Assembly: GCA_013265495.1 (NCBI GenBank)
Contig: MU058198.1
Location: 7,455,779-7,519,778 of the forward strand
Length of the DNA: 64,000 nt
Direction: 5' to 3'
From: Vicugna vicugna
Lineage: Eukaryota
Shown: positions 55,301 to 64,000 of the stretch, in pieces
How positions within the stretch are numbered: position 1 is the first letter of the stretch
How the letters are laid out: every line of letters starts with the position of its first letter
The notes under the pieces: generated by a model
What the model saw: the letters and a program-made list of their open reading frames with translations, nothing else
Databases searched by the model: none
Told to the model about the DNA's origin: nothing
Made by a program: the position numbers and the translations under genes

Positions 55301-58300
55301 AAGCAAAGCATCCTGGGCAGAGGATCAGGGTTCCTGAACAATCTCCTGCAAACCTCAGAGAACATCCCCTGCACATTCACACCCACACTGCGTCTGGCTC
55401 TGACAAGGTCCCAGAAGCAAGTTGTGCAGCTCCAGCCGAAATGGGGCAGGGAGATGCGGGCTTGCTGTCACATTACCTGGGGCTGATGAGAGCAACTAAG
55501 GCAGATGTTTTGATCATCTTTCTTGTGCCCAGATGGACAAAGAGAGGGCATTCCGGGCAAGGGCTCCAGCTGCGCACTCTCCAGTGATGAGAGGCAAGCA
55601 GATTTTCTTCAGAAAGAACCATAGCATTAGCCACTGCCATGACCCTCCAGGTCATCCTCACTTGGCTCTCAGAACAATCCTTCTAAAACTCAAATCATTC
55701 CCTGTCACTCACTTCCCCTACTCAGAACCCTTCAGTGCTTCCCCAGAGCCTTCAGGATTTGGCCTGACATTCCAGGCCCCATGTGATCTGGTCCCCATAG
55801 ACCTGTTCATTGCCATCTCCTGCCACACACCTGTAGACCCCCAAATGGTTAGCTCCCTCAGGATTCTCCAGTCTGGTCCCTCTCTCTCCTTGCTCCAGAC
55901 TCTCCTCTTAGAGCATTTCATCCAGGTCCATGGGTTGGGAAATCATCTGTATGTAGCAACTTCTAAATTTTCTTCTGGTCTGGACTTCTCTCGCCAGCTC
56001 CAGACCAATATATCCAATTGTCTGCTTGACATCTCCACTCAAATGTCAAATACATCTCAAACTCAACTGTCTAAAACACCCTTCCCACCTGACCTCCTAC
56101 TCTGCTCGTCTCCACCACATTGGGAAACATCTCCACCAGCCACCTAGCCACTTCAGTCACTCCTGACTCCTCCTTCTCTGACCGTCACATAGTCACTCCC
56201 CAACTAAGTCCTGCTGATTCTACCACGTTTCCATGTCACAGCCCCAGTCTATGCCACCTCTTCCTCAGGGACAACACAAGGACTTCCCATCGGTCATATA
56301 TGCAATAGAATCATCCTACTCTATTGAAGGGCTAAAATCTAGGCTTCTAGTTTTAGGGTATTCCCACCGACCAATTTGGGGCAATCTGAGCACCAAAATA
56401 ATTAAGATTAATAATTATGAAATTATTGGGAAAATAATAGAAATCTCAAAATCCCTACTAGTAATAACTATTAAATAAGTAGGCAGAAGAATGTCGTGTG
56501 GAGGGAGTACTGGAGTTGAAGTCATCATTTTGTAACCTTCATGATAAAGGCTGATTTGATTGAGGCAAGAATCATGAACAGATGTTAAATCTCATCTATT
56601 TAATAACCTATGGAATAGGATATCTGCATGTTTGTAATATATCTCCCTGACTGCTATTGGTTACAAGGGAAAAATTTTAACTAGAAATTGGAGAAATCAG
56701 ACAAAATTTAAATCACTGAGACATTGTGTGCCTCTTGTTGTCACACTGAGAAGGATACAACATTTATGCAGTCTTCCAGCCAGGAATGCATGACCCATAT
56801 ATGGTAATGAAACAGCAGACAAAGCTCAAATGAGGAGGAACATTCTACTAAAGGGAGGACTGCATTTTCCCATTGTGTCAATGTCATAAAATACAAAGGC
56901 TAACTATTCCAGATTAAAGACTAAAGAGAAATGACAATTTAATGCAACACATCATTTCTAGCCTAGATTCTGGACTAGAGGAGAAAATACTACATAAAGG
57001 ATATCACTGACAATTGACAAAACGGATGGTAAATTAGATACCGTATTGCATCCATGTTAAATTTAGTGACGGGGATAACTGTACTGCACTGGGGTAGGAC
57101 ATACACACTAAATATTTAAGGGTAAAGGAACAGATTTATGCAACTTATTCTCAAATAGTTTCAGAATGAAAGTCACATGGATATACTAGAGAGAGAGAGA
57201 GACCAAGTAATTTTAACAGGTGAGTTTGGAGTAAAGGACATACAGATGCCCTTTGTACTTTTGTATAATTTCGAAATTATTTCCAAATAAAAAGTTAAAC
57301 CAAAAAGAATCCAGGCTCTTTACCATGGCCCACAAGGCACCTGCCGCCATCCCCAGCCAGCCAGTCCAGTCTTGTTTTGACCACATGCTGCAGCATATTC
57401 AACTCCACAGACACAAGCTGCCTTTCAGTTTTCCCAACATAACAAGTTCTTGCCCACCTCTGGGCCTTTGTGTGTGCACCTACTGTTGCCTCTATATGGA
57501 ATTCTCTTCCTTCAACTCCCTCTCAGGGATAAAGTGACTGTCACTTTCTCACTTTGATCAGTTTGATCCTCAAGTTGGCCTTTGATCCCCCCAACCCAAT
57601 ATAGATTTACTGTGTTCTTCCATAGCACCCTGAATGTTTCCTTTATGATACTTGTCACAGTTTGTAAGAGTTCGTATTTTGAGGGCTTGCTTAAGATCCA
57701 TCTTCTCTAGGAGCCCGGAAGCTCCCTGAAGCCAGGGATCCTATCCGTTTCATTCATGAAGGTGTCCTCCACCCCTACTACTAGACCTGACATACTGCCG
57801 GGCACTTAGTAGACAGTTGATTAAATGGTGAATTCCACCCTGTTGGAATTCCCCCAAACTGTTGGCAGCTCTCAGAGGAAACACCCCACAGTTCATCTCT
57901 AGCCCTAAGAACCGATTCAAGAGGCTTCATCTATGAAGGCTTCTGGGGCTCCCCACCACTGTACCAGTATTTAAAACTAGGAGGCCATGGGAAGGAGTGA
58001 GGGGAACTCAGGAGGAGAGGCATCTTAAGAGGGAGAGGATGAATTCAGCTGGGAGTCTGGAACCTCAGAGAGGGCATGTCAAGGAGGCAGTTGGCTGGAT
58101 CGGGCTAGTGCTCAGAGGGGCAGTCTGGTTTAGAAGGAGAGATGACTGGTAGCTGAAGTTGTGGACATTAAGATTTCTCACAGTCTTGTACAAAAGAAAA
58201 AGAGTCCAAGGATGGGGCCCAGGGGAACTGGACTTAAGGGCTAAGCAGAAAAAAACATCCCTGGAAGTAAAGAAACTGTCCAGAAAAGTAGGCGGAGTAT

Positions 58301-60729
58301 CAGTAGAGTTTTCACAGAAGGCAAGAGAGGAGGCCACTTTAGGCACGAAATCCCATACATCTGTGTTGCCTTCTTCCTTATTCAAGCTCAGCATCTGGGA
58401 CTCGGGGAGCTGAGGAAGCCTGGCGGAGGCTAAGGTCTTGGACTCTCTGAATCCTGACTCCACAACATCTAGGCTGTGCGATCTCAAGTGATGGACTTAG
58501 CTTTCCCAGACTCCAAGCCCTCATCTGCAGAATGGGAGTAGTGCTAGCATTTACTTCATGGGGCTGCTGTCAGGATTACACAAGATCATCTTTGGAAAGT
58601 CCTTTGATCCATGATTGGTCCACAGTCTAGGAGTGAATGAACATTATAAGTGCGTACACAGTGGGAGCAGGATGCACTGCCGGCTAATAGGATTGCTTCT
58701 TAAGTTCAGCCAATTATAGGGCTTCAGACAATAGTCAAATAGCCCCCTCACCACTTTCTATTACATGCCCCCTTCTCCTGATTCGATCTCTATTAAACAA
58801 ACCTATAGTGGGCAGGCTCTGTTTAATATTGTCCTTTCTCCAAAGCCACCTCCTGAAAATTGGCTTTCCCCCAAGTATGCCCCAAGTCAGATGATACTGA
58901 AGCTTGCCTACCTAACTGCATCTCAACCCTGTTTTCCAGGTAACCGTGGTGACGCTGCCTCCTCAACACAGCTACCTTCTGTGGATATAGGTAGGTATCC
59001 TCAGGCTCCTTACTTGGAGATACCACTGATGCTCGCCAGTAGCTTCTGACCATCTAACCTCCAGAAGAAAGAGAAGTGTGTGGATGACCATCTCCCAGCT
59101 TAGAAAGCTCTTCCACAGTATAACCTCCCTTTCATCCTCACAACTGCCCTGTGAGGTAGATATAGCAGATAATAACTACACTGGTCCACACGTATCAGGC
59201 ATTCACGATGGACCATGCTCTGTGTTCAGCACTTTCATAGGTGATCTCATTTAAACTCACCAAAATCCTATGAAATGGGCTCAGGCTTTCCATTTTACAG
59301 AAGAGAAAAATGGGGGCTCAGAGGGGTTAGACTTTGCCCCAGATCAAAGAGGTAGTAAGTAATAAATTCAGACCTCAGACTGACTCCAAAGCCACACTTT
59401 TAACCCTTCTTCAATATTGCCTCACAAAGCAAGTACATTTTTCCTCAGGTTATCATTCTGTCCTTTAAATTGAAGCCCAGAGAGGTAAAGTGACTTGCCC
59501 AAGGTCTCACAACCAGGAACTGGCCGAGCTGGAGTCCGTAATTGGATCTTCTGGCTCTGAGGCTCTTGAGACCATGAGGCTTCAGTGACTGGGTCTGACA
59601 ATACACTAGACAATTATTTCCGCAGCAGGTTTGCCGGGCCAACCCTGCTCAGCTCAGAACAATAATTCTCTGACAGTTTTCAGGAAATTTCTGTTTTTCT
59701 GAATCCCAAGAACCATCAGTCAAGAAATCGGGGAGAGAGGAAAAAGGATTGTAATTCTCCTGTGAGAGTTAATGCTTAACAATAAACAACCAGGCATTCC
59801 TGGTTTGAAGGAATCACTGATGTCAAGTAGAAAGCATGAGAAGGAAATGCTGACACATGGAGTCCAAGGTTAAGGTAGGCCTTTCTGGAACCTGGGATAG
59901 GCGCACATAGGAGAGAAGTGGTCATAATCTGATTAGTCTCTTTTGTAGCTGTTGCCATATTAGAAACATATTCATGGCCCTCCCTGCTGTTAACAGTGAG
60001 CCATTCTAACAAGTTAAAATAAATATTAATCTGTTTACATGTATATCTTATCCTATGACTGATGTTCCAAGAAATAAAAAGTTTTAGAAACAAGTCCTTC
60101 GATTGGCAATTTCAACACATGATTCTATGTAGTGCAGTTAATTTTGTTGAAGATTTAAACATTTTGTGATCTGAATACTACCCAATAATGTTCTCTGGTA
60201 TTTTCTCATTTCTGAATATTTGCTGTAGCCTACAGTTCTTTGTAACTACTACTACATATGTATTTCTTATTTATTAAAAAAAATAGAAAGTTATGAAAAA
60301 TACAGAATACCATGATTTCAGGAATTCCCAAGAGTTCCAATCTTTGAATCCCCAACTGTAGATTAATAACTGTTGGGAATTTAGAACTGGATGAAATTCC
60401 TAAGCAATTCAGTGGGATGGCAAACTGTGGAGAGGCCATCTTCCTTGGCCTCCAGGAAGGCTTCAAACAGGAGCTGGTCCTGGAGCAGAGCTTGGCTGGC
60501 CGACATCCCGCTAAAGGCAGAGGTCTGCAGTGTCACTTCAGGGAGCCAGGGGCTGAGCCGGCAGCGTTGGCCCTGGCATGGAATTTCTACGATGTCTCAA
60601 GTTTCTTCTCAATGGTTGGTGCAAATGTTCATTTTCATTTCAGGGGGGATCTGCTTGCTTTAGTATAAAAAGTGTTTCATACAATTATCACGGAAAAATG
60701 GATTGCTCTTCATTCGTGTACCAGCGGGC

Positions 60730-60950
60730 GGGCTGTGGAGTCAGGCAGGCAGACCTGGGTCTGAATGCTGATTCTGCCACATACTGGCTGTGTGACCTTG
60801 GGCTGGTCCCTTAACCTCTCTGAGACAGTTTTTCCTTCTGTAAAATGCTGATAATGAGAACACCAATGGCACAGAGATGCTGTGAAGACTGAATGAATCA
60901 TATAAATCACAAAGCCTGGCACAGAGTAAGCCCTCCACAAGTGGGAGACG
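60730..60950 (+). mobile_element. MIR SINE (one of many MIR/L2 remnants in the window)
   Basis: MIR core CTGTGTGACCTTGGGC...TTAACCTCTCTGAG...CTGTAAAATG and 3' part GCCTGGCACAGAGTAAG. Confidence 0.8.
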
Positions 60951-61715
60951 TGATGATTTCCTAGCACGACAGGCCCAGCAGTGGAGTGGGCAAGCACGAG
61001 CTTGCTTGCAGCCCTTGGAACCCCTCAGAGGGTCATTCGCCCCGGGCCTTCTCCAGCTGGGTCTGCTGGGGCGGCTCAGGGCTGTGCCACACGCTTCGGG
61101 TGCCCCCTCACCAGCCCGGGCCGCCTTCCCGGTTCCCACGCAGGCCCGCGGCGAGGCGGGCGCCAGGGTGGAAACGCTTCCCGCCCCCGTGGGCTCCCGG
61201 GGGAACTGGCGAGGCTGGCACCCTCAGGAAGCTCTTGCTGCAGGTCCTCCGGCGATCGACGGAACCCACCCGCGGGCCTAGCATCCGTGGGCCTGCGGGG
61301 AGGCGTTAGGTGGCGGGTGGGGTCGGGGTGGTGGGCGTGTGGCGCAGGGTCTCCGCGCAGGCGTGGCCCCCCCGGGCCTCCGCGCGAGGCTGCTGGAGGC
61401 CCGGCGCCGACTGCGCACTCCGAGGCCTCTGGCTGCGACGCGTCCTCAGGCGTCGGATGTGGTCCGATTGTGCCCGAAGCCCTCCCCATTCTTGGGGGTG
61501 CCGTTGAGCCCGCTCTGCGCGAGAGTCGGTGGCGAGCTAGCTGGGTGCTGGGACCTTAGGTTCGGGGCAGGCTGGGGCCGCTCGCCCGCGATGTTCCCGC
61601 GGCGGCTCTGGAGCTGGGAAGCCCTTTGCGCCCTCAGGGGCACGGGTGGGTGGCTGGCTGGATCTTGGGGCGGCCAAGGGAAGCCTAAGGGGCTCGCCTT
61701 CCCTGGGGAGCCGGC

Positions 61716-61916
61716 TCACCTCCCCTTTCCCTGGGGGATCGTCCGGGGAGCCCTCGGGGTCTTGCTTCCTCCGCCGGGAGCTCTGGGGTCCGGCGGCGCC
61801 GCCGAACTGGGCCGGGCGTGGGTGCGGAGGCCCCTCCTGGGAAGGAGCCGCCTGAGGGGCTCTGTTTTCAGGCCTTTCTCGTGGAGGGCTCTCCTTGTCA
61901 TCCTCACTCCCGAATC
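61716..61916 (-). CDS. BCL7C: Distal alternative last coding exon of BCL7C (BAF complex subunit), 66 aa + stop; upstream exons lie outside the window
   Basis: Acceptor TTCCTCCCCGCAG|GAT at 61916; peptide DSGVRMTRRALHEKGLKTEPLRRLLPRRGLRTHARPSS...RAPRTIPQGKGR* matches the recalled C-terminus of the long human BCL7C isoform; synteny RNF40-ZNF629-BCL7C; AATAAA on minus at 60275-60270. Confidence 0.78.
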   Translation of the reverse strand, partial: DSGVRMTRRALHEKGLKTEPLRRLLPRRGLRTHARPSSAAPPDPRAPGGGSKTPRAPRTIPQGKGR

Positions 61917-63004
61917 CTGCGGGGAGGAAAGAAGGATCTGTAGCGTATTTTCTTCTCCTCAGGCACATTAAGACTAGGAGGACCCTGCCTGGGGAGTCCT
62001 AAATGGGACAACTTGGTACAAAGTCTTTACCAACGACCAAGTGCGGTATTTCCGACAGCAGGCAGAGCTTGAGGCTGGGTCCCTTGGGAGCTCAGTGTCT
62101 GAAATTTGACAGAGCCGGGCAGCTCTACAGTTACTTGCAGTGTGATTTGAGGCAACTTACATAACTTCTTACAGTTTCAGTTCGTTCAGCTGTAAGGTGG
62201 GGGGAATAGTAGGGGAGCCACCGACCATCAAGAAACAGGGGGGCGGGGGGGGCACAGCAGCCTTATGTTTAGTTGGAAAGACCAGTATAAACCTGTACCT
62301 TACAGAAACCTTTTTCCAATTCTGTCACTGCCAAGGGTGGTCCAGGCCCCCTCTACTAACTCCATGTATAACTCTAGTGCCGAGTGTTGGTATCATATTA
62401 TTTACCATTAAAATAACCAGGAGTCCTAGGAGGGTAGCTGATTCCATTTCTTGAAGCAAGAAAAATCAGGATGGGTCTACAAGCATCCTGCTGAGGTATT
62501 GAGCACCCCCCCCCGAAATACAACAATTGATATGCTTAAGGGAAATGTCTGGGAAAGGCTGTGAGACCATAAGCTACCCAAAAGTGGAGTTAATAATGTA
62601 AAGAAAAAGTAGTTTTACTAAGAATAGATACATATGATATTGATGATTTTTATAGAGTGTTAATATATGGATATTTTGTTTCTTCTATTCTTCATCTATT
62701 TATAAGGCATAACTATGAACTTGTTTCTGTCTGTGCAAGGAGGAAGGATTAGACCTAAGGGAACTGAGTCCAGTGACCCTGGAAAAGCAACGTTACCATT
62801 ACTGGACAGCACTGATGAATACATATAGTAACCAGGTAAGAAACTGCAACACTTGTTCTGAAAGGACAATGTACCCATCTGTCCTGATGAGAACTAATTT
62901 AAACATACTTACTACCTCACCTCCTAAGAGATGACACATGGAGGAGCTTTAACAAACACTGATCAACAGTCCCCATCAAAAAGATCCCTAGATTTTATAA
63001 GGGA

Positions 63005-63940
63005 TTAATATTCAGAATATATAAAGAACTCCCACAATGTAACAACAATATAACAAACAACCCAGCTGAAAAATGGGCAAAGAATTGAAGAGACAGTTCT
63101 CCAAAGAACACAACACACATGATCCAGCAAGCATATGAAAAGATATTCAATATCACTAATTGTTAGGAAAATGCAAATCAAAACCACAAGGAGATGCCAC
63201 CTCACACTCATTAGGATGGCTACTATTAAACAAAAAATCACAAACAGAAAACAAATGTTGGTGAGGATGTGAAGAAATTGAAACCCATGTTCACTGTTGG
63301 TAGAAATGTAAAAGGTGCAGCTGCTATGGAAAATAGTATGATGGGCCCTCAGAAAAGACCCAGCAGTTCCTCTGCCGAGTATATATATCAAACATAATTG
63401 AAATCAGAGTGTCAAAAAATTTTTGAACAATTGAAATTATAGCAGAATTATTCACAATAGTCAAGGGATGGAAGCCACCCAAGTATCCATCAACAGCTGA
63501 AGTATCCATCAACAGATGAGGCTAAACAAAATGTGGTACATACACACAATGGCATATTATTCAGCCTTAAAAAGGAAGGAAATTCTGTCTGACACATGCT
63601 ACAACATGGATGAACCCTGAGGACCTTATCTTAAGTGAAATAAGCCAGTCACAAGACAACAAGTACTACGTGATTCCGCTTAAATGAGGTACCTAGAATA
63701 GTCAAATTCATGGAGACAGAAAGTGCAATGGTGTGTTGAGGTTGGGGGAGGGAGGAATGGGATTTACTGTTTAATGTATATATAGTTTTACTTTTGCAGG
63801 ATGAAAAGAGTTCTGGTGGTGGATGATGCCGATGGTTGTGCCACACTGTGAATATACTCAATGCCACTGAATTGTGCACTTAAAAATGATCAATAAGCTA
63901 AATTTTATCCTATGTGTATTTTACAACTGAAAAAAAAATT
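63005..63940 (+). mobile_element. LINE-1 3' fragment (ORF2 end + 3'UTR)
   Basis: AAAATGCAAATCAAAACCACAAGGAGATGCCACCTCACAC..., CTACAACATGGATGAACCCTGAGG..., ends in an A-rich tail. Confidence 0.88.
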
Positions 63941-64000
63941 CCCAGATTCTAAAGCACAGCCAGGTTTGAGATCCCCTGTCGGTAGAAGGGCAGGAAAGGG

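Larger units (their letters stand above)
60400..61916 (-). pseudogene. Decayed C2H2 zinc-finger exon (relic 3) underlying the BCL7C distal exon
   Basis: Minus fragments PKNGEGFGHN (about 61496-61467), TCSKSF-LRVPA-S-PV-P-PGA-H (CSKSF at 61242-61228), GKRF-HPGAR-L-AA-G-LRG-N (61182-), EACGTALSRPSR (61097-), PFFRDNCMKHFLY*SK (about 60701-60655). Confidence 0.6.

Noticed and set aside
58940..58953. Isolated X-box-like GTAACCGTGGTGAC
   Set aside because: Single motif in CpG-poor sequence without other promoter elements.

Overview
Mammalian genomic DNA, probably a camelid (inferred from a tRNA-Ala-like SINE), syntenic with human 16p11.2. It holds CFAP119/CCDC189 (minus; 9 coding exons, the last running off the left edge), head-to-head with a complete RNF40 (plus; 19 coding exons, 1001 aa), then ZNF629 (minus; 868 aa, 19 C2H2 fingers). 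A repeat-rich interval follows (L1, L2, MIR, MLT, a solo ERV LTR), and the distal alternative last exon of BCL7C (minus) lies near the right end. Main observation: three CpG-rich patches (about 16.5-17.2, 39.6-40.2 and 60.4-61.9 kb) translate on the minus strand into decayed C2H2 zinc-finger arrays, suggesting remains of a tandem ZNF cluster around ZNF629. Two appear reused. One underlies the BCL7C alternative exon read in a shifted frame. The other carries, on the antisense strand, a ZNF143/CCAAT promoter, a splice pair, a 160-aa ORF and an AATAAA, making it a candidate de novo gene. Gene identities come from my recall of the human proteins; exon boundaries were read by eye and checked for phase; no database search was run.
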